From Spirochaetia bacterium (GTDB lineage Bacteria > Spirochaetota > Spirochaetia > SZUA-6 > Bin103): a stretch of DNA of 64,000 nt. Positions 19,349 through 29,605 of the stretch are shown piece by piece. The position numbers and the translations under genes are program-made. The notes under the pieces were generated by a model. That model saw only the letters and a list, made by a program, of their open reading frames with translations, made no database searches and was not told the origin of the DNA. Each line of letters begins with the position of its first letter. The stretch's first letter is position 1. The DNA lies in assembly GCA_965203055.1 (NCBI GenBank), contig OZ241863.1, positions 2,240,001 to 2,304,000 on the forward strand, in the 5' to 3' direction.

Positions 19349-20503
19349 ATGGCGACGCAACCATCCGAGCCAGACCGACGCGCGGCTGCGGACGTCTCCC
19401 CGCGCAAGCGGCTGGCGAACTTCGTGCAGCGCGCGCGGGAGCGAGCCGAACAGGCCAAGGCCCAGTTCTCCGTTCACGGCATTTCCTACTGCGCCGTCAA
19501 CGGCCTGCTTGCACTGATCAACCTGCTGACCTCGCCCGGCTTTCTCTGGTTTCTGTTCCCCGCCGCCGGTTGGGGAATCGGCCTGTTGCATCACTACATC
19601 AAGGCGCGCACCCGGGCGCAGGAGGCGCGCGAGGCCGCGGCGCTGCCGCCCGCCGGCAAACGCGAGTTGGAGCTGGTGCGCAAGCTGTTTCGTTCCCGCC
19701 GCGGCCTCCGGCACCACTTGGCCACCACCGCCGGCATTTCTGCGCTGCTGGCCGGCATCAACCTCTTCCTGTCGCCGGAAGCGGGCCAATGGTTTCTCAT
19801 CCCGAGCTTCGCGCTTGGCGTTCCCCTCGCCATTCACGCCGGCGCAGCGCGCGTACGCAGCCGCCGCTTGCGCGCTCAATTGCAGGATGCGGGGGTGGTG
19901 CCCGGCCGCTGGGCCGCGGAGCTCGCCGCGCTGGAGGCTGACGACGAGACGGCCGTGCCGGCCGCGCACGCTCCGCTCCTGGCGGAGGCGGCGGAATTGC
20001 GTACCGCGATCCTCTCCGAACTTGAGGATGGCGGGGAGGACGCGGCGCGTTGGCGGTCGGAGTTGCAACCGGAACTCGCTGCCTATACCGGCCACATCAG
20101 CGCCCTGCTGCAGGAGCGCGGCAACCTGGAGCGGGCCGCGGCGCGGGTCTCGGCCGCGGACGTTACCCGCCAGCTCGACGACCTGCGCGGCAAGTTGGAG
20201 GCCGCCAAGTCGGCCGAACTTCGACGCGAATATCAGCACACGGCGGCGCAGTATGAAGGCCAGCTCAAGTCGCTGCACGACCTGCAGGAACGGATCGAAA
20301 CAATCGATTTGCGCGCCAGGTCGGCGGTACTGGCCTTGCAGCAGCTCGCGCTCGACCTGCCGCGCCTGCGCGCCGCGCCGGCGGAGGAGCCGGGCGCCTT
20401 GCTGTCTCTGCGCGGCAAGGCGCAGGAGCTGACGCAGTATCTCGACGACCTGCGCGCCGGCCGCAACGAACTGGAAGAAGCCGGCCTCCGCGTCAGCGGG
20501 TAG
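19349..20503 (+). CDS. Protein with two 2TM-like hairpin domains and a C-terminal helical bundle
   Basis: Repeated H...LxxINL...WFLxP...G unit, then a charged helical region. Confidence 0.75.
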   Translation: MATQPSEPDRRAAADVSPRKRLANFVQRARERAEQAKAQFSVHGISYCAVNGLLALINLLTSPGFLWFLFPAAGWGIGLLHHYIKARTRAQEAREAAALPPAGKRELELVRKLFRSRRGLRHHLATTAGISALLAGINLFLSPEAGQWFLIPSFALGVPLAIHAGAARVRSRRLRAQLQDAGVVPGRWAAELAALEADDETAVPAAHAPLLAEAAELRTAILSELEDGGEDAARWRSELQPELAAYTGHISALLQERGNLERAAARVSAADVTRQLDDLRGKLEAAKSAELRREYQHTAAQYEGQLKSLHDLQERIETIDLRARSAVLALQQLALDLPRLRAAPAEEPGALLSLRGKAQELTQYLDDLRAGRNELEEAGLRVSG

Positions 20504-20518
20504 GCGGCGACCGGCAAG

Positions 20519-22246
20519 GTGACGCAGCCGCCGCGCGGCGTAGATGGCCGCCTGACCGACTACGGCGATCCCGGGTTCAGCGCCTTCCTGCGGCGCGCGT
20601 TCCTGGCCTCCGCCGGCTACGACCGCAGCGACCTGGCGCGCCCGGTGGTGGCCATCGTCGATACCAGCTCCGATTACGCCACCTGCCACCGCGACATGCC
20701 GGCGTTGGTGGCGGCCGCACGCCGCGGCGTGCTGCAGGGCGGCGCGCTGCCCCTCACCCTGCCGACGCTGGCGCTGGGCGAAATCCTGATGACGCCGACC
20801 TCCATGTTGTACCGCAACCTGCTGGCGCTGGAGACGGAAGAGGCGCTTACCGCGTACCCGATGGACGCGGCGGTGCTGGTGGGCGGCTGCGACAAGACGG
20901 TGCCGGCGCAGTTGATGGCCGCGGCGTCGGCCAACGTGCCGGCGGTGGCGCTGGTCACCGGCCCGATGCGCACCGGCTTCTGGCGCGGCGCGCGGCTCGG
21001 CGCCTGCACCGACTGCCGGGCTCATTGGCAGCAGTTCCGGGCCGGCGCGCTGAACCAGGCCGAGCTGGAGCAGGTGCAGCAGGAGCTGTGCCCGACCGGC
21101 GGCACCTGCATGGTGATGGGCACGGCGTCCACCATGGCCTGCTTGAGCGAAGCGTTGGGAATGATGCTGCCGGGCGGCGCCACCGCGCCGTCCGGCTCCG
21201 GCGAGCGGCTGCGCCAGGCGGCGGCGGCCGGGCGCCGCGCCGCGGCCTTGGCGCGCGCGCCGCTGCGCCCGCGCGAGCTGCTCACCCCGGCCGCATTCGC
21301 CAACGCGGTGACCTGCCTGCTGGCGCTCGGCGGCTCCACCAACGCCATCATCCACCTGCTGGCCATTGCCCGCCGCGCCGGCGTCCCGCTGACCTTGGCC
21401 GCCTTCGAGCAGGCCGCGGCGCGCGTCCCGCTGCTGGTCAACTGCAAGCCCAGCGGCAGCCTGTGGCTGGAGGACCTGCATCACGCCGGCGGCATGCCGG
21501 CGCTGCTGGCCGAGCTGCGGCCGCTGCTGCAGCTCGAAGCGCGCTGCGTCAGCGGCGCAACCTTGGATGAGCAGCTCGCCGGCGGGGCGGCGCGCCCCGC
21601 CGGCGCCGGGCGAGCCGCGCCGCCTGAGCCGGTGATCGGCACGCTGGCCGAGCCGATCGGCGGCCCGGGCGCGCTGGTGGTGCTGCGCGGCTCGCTGGCG
21701 CCGGACGGCGCCATCATCAAGGCCGCGGCGGCCTCCCCCGAGTTGCTGCGCCACCGCGGCCCGGCGCTGGTGTTCGAGTCGCCCGCCGAGCTGACAGCGC
21801 GCATCGACGACCCGGCGCTGCCGGTCACGCCCGGCCACGTGCTGGTGCTGCGCAACAGCGGCCCCGCGGCCGCGGGGATGCCGGAAACCGGTTCCCTGCC
21901 GATTCCGCGCAAGCTGGCCAGAGCGGGCGTGCGCGACATGGTGCGCGTGTCGGACGCGCGCATGAGCGGCACGGCCGGCGGCACGGTGGTGCTGCACTGC
22001 TCGCCGGAGGCGGCGCGCGGCGGGCCGCTGGCGCTGGTGCGGGACGGCGACCTGATCGAGCTGGACGCGCGCGCCGGGCGCATCGACCTGCTGGTGCCCG
22101 CGCCCGAGTTGGCGGCGCGCCGCGCGCGCGCCGCCAACTCGCGGCCGCCGCTGCCCGCCCGCGGCTGGCGGCGGCTGCACGCCGGCCACGTGCTGCCGGC
22201 CCACCTGGGCGCCGACCTCGACTTCCTCGCCCCCGACCCGCCCTGA
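20519..22246 (+). CDS. Dihydroxy-acid / sugar-acid dehydratase (IlvD/Edd family)
   Basis: GGCDKTVPA, GTCMVMGTASTM, GGSTNA, SDARMSGT, HCSPEA. Confidence 0.92.
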   Translation: MTQPPRGVDGRLTDYGDPGFSAFLRRAFLASAGYDRSDLARPVVAIVDTSSDYATCHRDMPALVAAARRGVLQGGALPLTLPTLALGEILMTPTSMLYRNLLALETEEALTAYPMDAAVLVGGCDKTVPAQLMAAASANVPAVALVTGPMRTGFWRGARLGACTDCRAHWQQFRAGALNQAELEQVQQELCPTGGTCMVMGTASTMACLSEALGMMLPGGATAPSGSGERLRQAAAAGRRAAALARAPLRPRELLTPAAFANAVTCLLALGGSTNAIIHLLAIARRAGVPLTLAAFEQAAARVPLLVNCKPSGSLWLEDLHHAGGMPALLAELRPLLQLEARCVSGATLDEQLAGGAARPAGAGRAAPPEPVIGTLAEPIGGPGALVVLRGSLAPDGAIIKAAAASPELLRHRGPALVFESPAELTARIDDPALPVTPGHVLVLRNSGPAAAGMPETGSLPIPRKLARAGVRDMVRVSDARMSGTAGGTVVLHCSPEAARGGPLALVRDGDLIELDARAGRIDLLVPAPELAARRARAANSRPPLPARGWRRLHAGHVLPAHLGADLDFLAPDPP

Positions 22247-22267
22247 CCGGCCGCGCGCGGCCGGTCA
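22244..22267. terminator. Perfect 24-bp palindrome spanning two convergent stop codons
   Basis: tgaccggccgcgcgcggccggtca; no U-tract. Confidence 0.45.
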
Positions 22268-23143
22268 GTCGATGATCTTGTTCAGGGGATACTCGACGAT
22301 GCCGCTGGCCCCCGCTTCCTTGAGCCGGGGAATCAGGTCGCGCACCGCGGCCTCGTCGATCACCGTGTTCACCGCGATCCAGCCGCCGTTGGCCAACGCC
22401 GACACGGTCGGCTTGCGCAGCGCCGGCAACGCTTCGACCACCTCATCCAGGCGCGCCTCGGGGACGTTCATCATCAGCCCCACCTTGCCCTCGGCGGCAA
22501 TCGCGCCGCGCAGCATCAGGGCCAGGTTCTCGATCTTCTTGCGCTTCCATCGATCCTGCCAAGACGCTTCGTTGGCGATCAGGCGCGGGGTGCTTTCGAG
22601 AATCGTGTCCACGATGCGGAGATTGTTGGCGCGCAGCGAGCTGCCGGTCTCGGTGACCTCCACGATCGCGTCCGCGAGCCGCGGCGGCTTTACCTCGGTG
22701 GCGCCCCAGGAAAACTCCACGTGCGCCTGCACGCCATGCCGCCTCAGGTAGTCGGTAGTCAGATTGACCGCCTCGGTGGCGATGTGCCTGCCCTGCAGAT
22801 CGTTCGGACCGCGAATCGGCGAGCCCTCCGGCACCGCCAGCACCCAGCGCGTCGGCCGGCGGCTCACCTTCGAGTACACCAGCTCGGTGACCTCGACTAC
22901 CTGCGCGCGATTCTCGGTGATCCAATCGTGCCCGGTCAGGCCGGCGTCCATCACCCGATCCTGCACGTAGCGCGCCATCTCCTGCGCCCGAATCAGAATG
23001 CACTCGATCTCCGGATCGTCTATCTCCGGATAGTAGGAGCGGCTGGGGAAGGTGATGCGATAACCGGCCTGGCGAAACAGGCCGGCGGTCGCCTCCTGCA
23101 GACTGCCGGCCGGAATGCCCAGCTTGAGAACGGGTGATTCCAT
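22265..23143 (-). CDS. hisG: ATP phosphoribosyltransferase (long form)
   Basis: [43 protein letters not shown]-terminal regulatory domain. Confidence 0.95.
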   Translation of the reverse strand: MESPVLKLGIPAGSLQEATAGLFRQAGYRITFPSRSYYPEIDDPEIECILIRAQEMARYVQDRVMDAGLTGHDWITENRAQVVEVTELVYSKVSRRPTRWVLAVPEGSPIRGPNDLQGRHIATEAVNLTTDYLRRHGVQAHVEFSWGATEVKPPRLADAIVEVTETGSSLRANNLRIVDTILESTPRLIANEASWQDRWKRKKIENLALMLRGAIAAEGKVGLMMNVPEARLDEVVEALPALRKPTVSALANGGWIAVNTVIDEAAVRDLIPRLKEAGASGIVEYPLNKIID

Positions 23144-23153
23144 GAGCGCTCAG

Positions 23154-23573
23154 CTACGACGCGCCGCCGTAGACCTGGCGCGGATCGAACACCCGTTCCG
23201 CCACGACTTGCAGCTCGCCATCCGCCACCTTGCGGAAGAAGCAACTGCGGTAGCCGTCGTGACAGGCGCCGCCGCCGATCTGGCGCACCTTGACCAGCAG
23301 CGCGTCGCCGTCGCAATCCAGGTAGATGCCGCGCACTTCCTGCACGTTGCCGCTCTCCTCGCCCTTGCGCCACAGGCGGTTGCGGCTGCGCGAGAAATAG
23401 CATACGCGGCCGGTGCGCAAGGTCTCGCCGAACGCTTCGCGATCCATGAACGCCACCATCAACACGTCCCCGGTTTCCTCATCCTGGGCGATCACCGGGA
23501 CCACGCCGCCCATCTTGTCGAAGTCGATCATCTGCTCCAATTCAGCCACTGGTAGTAAATCCTCCTGCTGCAA
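23154..23573 (-). CDS. hisI: Phosphoribosyl-AMP cyclohydrolase
   Basis: [36 protein letters not shown]. Confidence 0.95.
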   Translation of the reverse strand: MQQEDLLPVAELEQMIDFDKMGGVVPVIAQDEETGDVLMVAFMDREAFGETLRTGRVCYFSRSRNRLWRKGEESGNVQEVRGIYLDCDGDALLVKVRQIGGGACHDGYRSCFFRKVADGELQVVAERVFDPRQVYGGAS

Positions 23574-23639
23574 TTCGTGTTCCTGCGCTGTGGTCCGCCG
23601 GGCCGGCGGGTCAGCCGCGGCCGCCGAGAGGCCGAGCCG

Positions 23640-24674
23640 TCACTGCAAGATCCCGGTCTCGCCGCCGGGCGCCGCAGGCGGAAACCCCGCCGCCGCGGCG
23701 GTGAACTCCGGCCACACCTCGTCCGCCAGAGAAGCGGTCGCGTGGCGGTAGCTGGCGTCGATCTCGGCGGCGTCGCGGCTGCCCACCAGGGTCGAGGCGA
23801 TGCCGTGATGCCGGAGACTGAACTGCATCGCCAGCGCGCCCACGTCGATCCCGCGCTGCCGGCACCAGGCGTGAATCGCGGCCGCGCACGCCACGTCCGG
23901 CGCCTCCTGCGAGCCGTAGCGCGCCTGCGCCGCGGGATCCGGCCCCGCCAGCAACCCGCGCAGGTAGGGCGATGCGTTCACCACGCCCACCCCGCGCGCC
24001 TGCGCCAGCTCGATCAGAGGCCGGGCGCTGTCCCGCGCCAAGTTATAGTCGTAGGGCAACAGCAGCACGTCGAAGCGTCCATCCTCGAGGCAGCGCCGCT
24101 GCCAGCGGTGGGTGCGCACGCCAAGGCCGAGCGCGCCCACGCTGCCCGCCGCCTTCAGCTCCAGAATCGCGTCCGCGGCCCCGCCGGGACCGAGGATCGC
24201 GTCGATCTGCGCGTCCGATTGCGGATCGTGCACGAAGACGATATCCAGGTACTCCCGGCCCAGCGCCTCGCGGCTCTGCTCCAGGGAGGCGAACACCGAG
24301 GCGCGGTCGTAGCGGCCCACCATGCCGGGGCGCGTCCCCACCTTGGTGGAAACGTGCCACCGCTCCCGCTCCGCCGCGCTCAGCTCGCCCAGGGCGAATC
24401 CCAGGCTGCGCTCCGCCACGCCGCTCTGGTACAGCGGCGAGGTGTCGACGTAGTTGATCCCCAGCGCAACCGCCCGGCGCACCGTGCGGGCCGCGATGAC
24501 GCCGCGTTCCTGCGGACTCGTGTCCCGATCCCGTGCCTCACCGATGAATGCGCCGCCAAGCCCCAGTACCGTCAGCTCCGGACCGGCCCGCCCGAGGCGC
24601 CGGCGCGGCAGCCGCGCGGCCCCCGGTTCCGGCGCCGCTCCCAGTTCTCGTCCCACGCCCATACCGTAGCACAT
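23640..24674 (-). CDS. Aldo/keto reductase (start uncertain)
   Basis: LGLGGA, GINYVDTSPLY, STKVG, DIVFVHD. Confidence 0.88.
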   Translation of the reverse strand: MCYGMGVGRELGAAPEPGAARLPRRRLGRAGPELTVLGLGGAFIGEARDRDTSPQERGVIAARTVRRAVALGINYVDTSPLYQSGVAERSLGFALGELSAAERERWHVSTKVGTRPGMVGRYDRASVFASLEQSREALGREYLDIVFVHDPQSDAQIDAILGPGGAADAILELKAAGSVGALGLGVRTHRWQRRCLEDGRFDVLLLPYDYNLARDSARPLIELAQARGVGVVNASPYLRGLLAGPDPAAQARYGSQEAPDVACAAAIHAWCRQRGIDVGALAMQFSLRHHGIASTLVGSRDAAEIDASYRHATASLADEVWPEFTAAAAGFPPAAPGGETGILQ

Positions 24675-24771
24675 GCGGCGCCGTCTGGCAGGCAGGGCCG
24701 GGAAGCCGGCAAGCCGGCCGGCAACGCGAGCCCTTGCCCGCGCCGGCGGGCCGGCGCTATGATCCGGCGGC

Positions 24772-25083
24772 GTGACTGAGACCGAAGCCCCTCCGGCAGA
24801 CCGCCGGGCGGCAGCGGATTCCCTGCTTCTGGAAGCCGGCGACCGGCTGACGCGGACCGAGTTCGAACGCCGCTACTCCGCCCGCCCGCAGCTCAAGAAG
24901 GCGGAGTTGATCGAAGGAGTCGTGTACGTGCCCTCCCCCGTGCGCTACGACGGTCATGGTCTGGCCCACGCCGCCATGCTCGGGGCGCTGCAGGGCGATG
25001 CCGCGGCGGCGCTGGCGACGGCGCAAGCCGGCGTCGGCAGCCGTGCCCACCGGGCGTTCGCGGCGCGCGCCGGCGGCGGCTGA
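24772..25083 (+). pseudogene. Uma2-family endonuclease with large in-frame internal deletion
   Basis: N-terminus LEAGDRLTRTEFERRY...KKAELIEGVVYVPSPVR joined directly to a C-terminal-type segment; 103 aa. Confidence 0.7.
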
Positions 25084-25124
25084 AGCGCGCGTAGCGGACC
25101 GTTCACGGGCAGGTCGTTTTCTCC

Positions 25125-26339
25125 ATGTCCGGCCTGCCGCGGCTGCCGCGCGTACCGGCGCGGTTTCGCTCGCTCTACCTCGGCCTGCTGGCCGTTACCA
25201 TCCTGTTCGGCGCCAACCTGACGGTGGTGGGCGCCGTGCTGCCGGAGATGATCCGGTCGTTCGGCTGGAGCTACACCGCCGCGGCGGTAGTGTTGGCGGC
25301 GGCCGCGGTCGGCTACTTCGCCGCGACCTTCGCCAGCGGGTTCGTGGTGCGCCGCCTCGGGCCGCGCGCGACGGTGGTGACCGGTCTGGGGCTGATGGCC
25401 GCGGCCCTGGCCCTGTTCGGCGCGGCGCCGTCGGTGCTGCTCAACGTGCTGCTGCACGCGCTGATCGGGATCGGCAGCGGCGCCGTCGAAGTAGTGATGA
25501 ACTACGGCGCGGTGCGCATCGAGCGCGACGGCCGCAGCCAACTGATGAACCTGCTCCACGCCTCCTTCTCCGTCGGCGCGGTGGCGTTCCCGTTGCTGGC
25601 CGCCCGGCTGCTGGAGAGCGGCGCGCCCTGGCAGCTCGCGTTTCGCGCGGTGGCAGCGGGCGCGGCCGTACTGGCCGTGTGGCTGGCGCTGCTCCCCTTC
25701 CGGCGCCTGGAAGAGGGAGTCGGCAGCGGGCGCCGGGAGCGCGCCGGCCGCGCCGAGCTGCCCCTGGACCGCGGCCTGGTGGCAATCAGCGTGGCCCTGC
25801 TGTTTCTCTACGTCGGCGCGGAGGTGGGCGTGTCGTCCTGGCTGGGGGAATACTTCGTCGGCTTCCTGGGCACCAGCCCGGCGCAGGGCGCGCTGATGGT
25901 GGTGCTGTTCTGGAGCGGCGTGCTCGGCGGCCGCCTGCTGCTGGCGTTCTGCTACCGCGGGACCCGCGCCGCGGAGGCGATCCTGCTGCTGGCCGCGGTC
26001 GCTACGGCAGGGTTGATCGGCGCCGTGGCGGCAACCGGCCGCGCCGCGGCGGCGGTCGGCTTCGCGGCGACCGGATTCGGGTTCTCGTCGATCTATCCGC
26101 TGGTGATGTCGATGGTGGGCCGCTTCTTCGCGCCGCGCCATCAGAGCATGGTGATCGGCTTTGCCGCCACCGGCGGCGGCGTTGGCGCGTTCCTGTTTCC
26201 GTTCGCCATGGCGCTGGTGGCGCAACAGATCGGGATTCGCCGCGGCTACCTGCTCTACGTGGCGCTGGCGGCGCTGCTGATGCTGCTGGCCTGCGGCGCG
26301 GTCCTCAAGACCCGCGCCGCCGCGGCGCGCAACGCCTGA
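25125..26339 (+). CDS. MFS transporter (FucP/TsgA-like)
   Basis: About 12 TMs, MNLLHASFSVGA, FLYVGAE. Confidence 0.88.
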   Translation: MSGLPRLPRVPARFRSLYLGLLAVTILFGANLTVVGAVLPEMIRSFGWSYTAAAVVLAAAAVGYFAATFASGFVVRRLGPRATVVTGLGLMAAALALFGAAPSVLLNVLLHALIGIGSGAVEVVMNYGAVRIERDGRSQLMNLLHASFSVGAVAFPLLAARLLESGAPWQLAFRAVAAGAAVLAVWLALLPFRRLEEGVGSGRRERAGRAELPLDRGLVAISVALLFLYVGAEVGVSSWLGEYFVGFLGTSPAQGALMVVLFWSGVLGGRLLLAFCYRGTRAAEAILLLAAVATAGLIGAVAATGRAAAAVGFAATGFGFSSIYPLVMSMVGRFFAPRHQSMVIGFAATGGGVGAFLFPFAMALVAQQIGIRRGYLLYVALAALLMLLACGAVLKTRAAAARNA

Positions 26340-26352
26340 CGCGTCGGCGGCG

Positions 26353-26766
26353 CTACGCCCCGGCGCCGTTCCCGGTGCCGCCGGCCGCCGCCGGCGCCAC
26401 GCGCAGGATACGGCTCGCAACCAGCTCGTCGGCGATCTCCACGGTAATCAGGTGCACCCCGAAGTGCTTGAAGGTGCAGGTCACCGGCACCACCAGCTCC
26501 AGGTCCTCGCGCTCCCGCCGGATGCGAATTTCTCCGCGCCGCGAGAACACCTCGTCGGAGGATTGCCCGTGGGTGATGCCGATGCTGAAGTCGTGCGTGC
26601 CGCGCGTCACGCTGCCCGCCGCGCAGTAGATGAACCACTGCGGACTGGCGGCGGGGACACTCGGGAACTGAAAGGAGTGAAATACGCCGATCAGCCCCTT
26701 CTTGCCGTTGTCCTCGGTGATGATGCGGTCGCAGCACAGCAGCGCGTGGACTACCATCTCGAACAT
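26353..26766 (-). CDS. Small beta-sandwich hypothetical protein (DUF6941-like)
   Basis: ALLCCDRII...GKKGLIGVF; 3' part of the 616-aa track ORF; alternative GTG start 26787. Confidence 0.7.
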   Translation of the reverse strand: MFEMVVHALLCCDRIITEDNGKKGLIGVFHSFQFPSVPAASPQWFIYCAAGSVTRGTHDFSIGITHGQSSDEVFSRRGEIRIRREREDLELVVPVTCTFKHFGVHLITVEIADELVASRILRVAPAAAGGTGNGAGA

Positions 26767-26837
26767 GTCGGTCTCGTCGCGCGTCACCCTACCCTGTCTT
26801 CGCCGCGGCGCGCTATCGCGCGGGACGCCGCCAACGC

Positions 26838-28076
26838 TCAGCTCAGGCGCCGCAGCCGGCGATTGGCCAGCAGCGCCGCGGAAACCAGCAGCATGAAGCC
26901 GCCCATGACCGCGCCGGCCACCTGGCCGCCGAACGCCTCCGCGAGCGCGCCGGCCGGGAGCGCGCCGAGGGGCACCAGCCCGAACGAGATCATGAACACG
27001 CTGGCGACCCGGCCATGGTACTCCTCGGCGGCGATCTCCAGCGTCACCGCCTGATTCAGCGCCTTGCGGATGGCATCGCCGATGCCCAAGACGAACATGC
27101 CCGCCATCCCGACCCAGAACAGCGCCACGCCCGCCATCACCAGAATGGCCACGCTGGCGAGCATCGCGCCGCACACCAGGATCAGGCCTCGCCGCCCCGG
27201 CGCCGTACCCGCCACCGCCACCGCGGCCGCCACCGAACCGACCCCCATCGAGCTGACCAGCAGGCCGAGCACCTCCGGGCCCATGCCGTAGAGGTCGACC
27301 ACGAACACCGGCAGGATGAGACGAAACGGCATCGCCACCAGGGCGTACACCACCGAGATCAGGAACAGCAGGACGATGTCCGGTTGGCGGCGGATGTAGG
27401 AGAGTCCTTCGCGAATCGCCGCGCCGTGCGAGACGCCGGTTGCCGCCGGCGCGCCCACCGCGGTGATGCGCCCGGTGAGGATCACCGCCAGCACCCCCAT
27501 GGCGGCGACGAAGTAGTAGGTGGCCGCCGGCCCGCCGAAGCCGTACAGCCAGCCGCCCACGGCCGGGCCGAGCAGCGTAGTCATGCTGAACGCCGCGGCC
27601 ATGAGGGCCAGGGCATTGGTGGTGAGCTTGCGCCCGACGATGCCGGGAATCATCGCCTGCCGGGCCGGCACCAGGATCGACCACAGCGCTCCCTGCAGCG
27701 CCGAGGCGATCAACAGGTGCATCCAGGTGACCGCCCCCAGTTGGATCGATACGCCCACGAACAGCGCCACCGCCGAGAACATCCCCTGCGCGGCCTGCAC
27801 CAGCCGGCGCCGCTCGAAGCGGTCCGCCACCACGCCGCCCACCAGCGCCAAGGTCAGCATCGGCACCGCGTAACCCACCGCCACCACGCTGAGCAGGAGC
27901 GGCGAGCTGGTCAGCTCGTACGCCAGGTACCCGGAGGCGACCATGCGGATCTGGGAGGCGCCGAACAGCACGATCAGCCCGCCCCACAACAGCCGGTAGT
28001 CGCGCACCGCCAGCGCCGCGAACGTGCCACGCGCCGCGCGGCGGCCCGCGCTCCGGAACCGTTCCGCTACCTGCAC
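26838..28076 (-). CDS. MFS transporter (MFS_3/EntS-like)
   Basis: RDYRLLW, GGVVADRFERRRL, PARQAMIP, EYHGRV. Confidence 0.9.
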   Translation of the reverse strand: MQVAERFRSAGRRAARGTFAALAVRDYRLLWGGLIVLFGASQIRMVASGYLAYELTSSPLLLSVVAVGYAVPMLTLALVGGVVADRFERRRLVQAAQGMFSAVALFVGVSIQLGAVTWMHLLIASALQGALWSILVPARQAMIPGIVGRKLTTNALALMAAAFSMTTLLGPAVGGWLYGFGGPAATYYFVAAMGVLAVILTGRITAVGAPAATGVSHGAAIREGLSYIRRQPDIVLLFLISVVYALVAMPFRLILPVFVVDLYGMGPEVLGLLVSSMGVGSVAAAVAVAGTAPGRRGLILVCGAMLASVAILVMAGVALFWVGMAGMFVLGIGDAIRKALNQAVTLEIAAEEYHGRVASVFMISFGLVPLGALPAGALAEAFGGQVAGAVMGGFMLLVSAALLANRRLRRLS

Positions 28077-28213
28077 GAATCAGGATCGGTGTGTGACATA
28101 CCCCATCATACACCACCGCCGCTAATTCCGCCGCCGCTGCCCTTGCCGTGGGCGCACTTCCAAAATGCAGGTAAGCGTCGGGCCGCTTGGCGGCCAAGCC
28201 CAAGTCCCAGTGA

Positions 28214-29570
28214 TCACCGGTCTACCGGCGCCTGACGATCCTCGCCAGGGCGCCCGAATCCGGCGCCGGCGTGGCGGTAGCGGTGATGGGCGGCGCACAG
28301 CAGTCGGAGATTGTTCGGCTCGGCGGCGCCGCCGCAGGCATGCGGCACCACGTGATCGATCTGCAGCAGGTGTTGGGAGCCGCAGCGGCGCCCGCTGGTG
28401 CGGTCCACGTAGCGGCAGCGGCCCCCGTCGCGCCGCCACACCTCGCGCTTGACCGCCGCCGGGATGGCGCGGCCGGTCACACCCGTCTTCGCTGCCGAAG
28501 TCCGGGTCCGCGGCGGCGCAGCCGGCGGCGCGCAGGCCGCAGCCGGCCGGCCGAGGCGCCGCGTCTTCGGCGCCGAAGTGGTGTCGGTCGCCGGCTTGGC
28601 TACCGAAGTGTCCGGGCGGTCAGCGGCTGCGTCTCCCGGCTGCGCCGGCGCCTGAGCCGATACCTTCGCCGCCGAAGGAGCGGCGCTGTCCGCGCCGGCC
28701 TCCTGCTTCGCTGCCGAGGCGGCGCCGCGAGCCGAGGCCGCCTGCGTCTTCGGCGCCGAAGTTTGCTCGGCGCCTTTGGCCGGCGCGGCGCGCCGCCCGC
28801 GCGGCGGCCGGGCCGGGTCGTGGCGGTCGAGCCCTTCTCGCACCAGCCGCCCCAGGAGCTGCCCCATCGTCAGGTGCGGATCGACGTGGGAAAGGAGACC
28901 CTTGAGCCGCTCCAAGCCGCGCCGGCACTCATCGTCGATCACCGCCTTGAGCTCCCAGCGCCCGCCGCCCAGGGGCCGCACCCGATCCGCCGGCGGCGCC
29001 AGCTCCGGGTCCACCTCGGCCAGCAACTGCATCACCTCCCGGCTGCTCTTGCCCGACGCCTGCTCCACCAGCTCCCGCCGCGCCTCCGAGTCCAGCACCG
29101 GCGCGGCCGCCGGCTTCCGCTCCGCCGGCCGCAGCGGCGCCGCGCCGTCCTGCGACTGAGCGGCAGCCCCGCACCCGGTCCCGCCCGGCGCGCTACGCGC
29201 CGCGCGCTCCTTCCTGCGCTCCTGCCGGTCGAACGCGTTCTGCAACTGCGCGGCCGCGTTCAGCGTCATCGAGCCATTCTGCAGGCGCTCGCGCACCCCG
29301 TCGACCTCCGAGCAGAGCCGCATCGCCTTGATGCGCCGCCACGCCGCGGCGTCGCTGTAACCCAGTTCGCGCACCGCGTAATCGAACAGGGCTCGAAAAC
29401 CCGCGGCGCAGGTACAGGCGGCGTTTCTGAATCTCGCGCAGGTGGTCGATCACGACCACTTCGAGATGGTGTTCGATGCCGGAAAGTTCCTTGGTCCGCT
29501 CCAGCAGACGGTCGTCTGAGAGAGCGGATACGGTAGTCGTGAACGCCTCGTCAGAGGCATGGTCGTTCAT
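28214..29570 (-). pseudogene. HNH endonuclease with long N-terminal region, frameshift at about 29390
   Basis: LYLRRGFSS continues as LFDYAVRELGYS in another frame (one extra base); C-terminal RDGGRC...IDHVVP...GG...NNLRLLCAAHH. Confidence 0.8.
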
Positions 29571-29576
29571 GGCATA

Positions 29577-29605
29577 AGTATAATCATGGAAACTACTTGA
29601 GTCAA
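29577..29605 (-). promoter_or_regulatory. Sigma70 promoter TTGACT-N17-TATACT, 6 nt before the HNH ATG
   Basis: -35 at 29605-29600, -10 at 29582-29577; palindrome acttgagtcaagt (29595-29607) overlaps -35. Confidence 0.7.

Noticed and set aside
18428..22204. 1258-aa minus-strand ORF and many other long antisense or alternate-frame ORFs
   Set aside because: Shadow ORFs expected at this GC content; Arg/Gly/Pro-rich, motif-free, and overlapping well-supported genes
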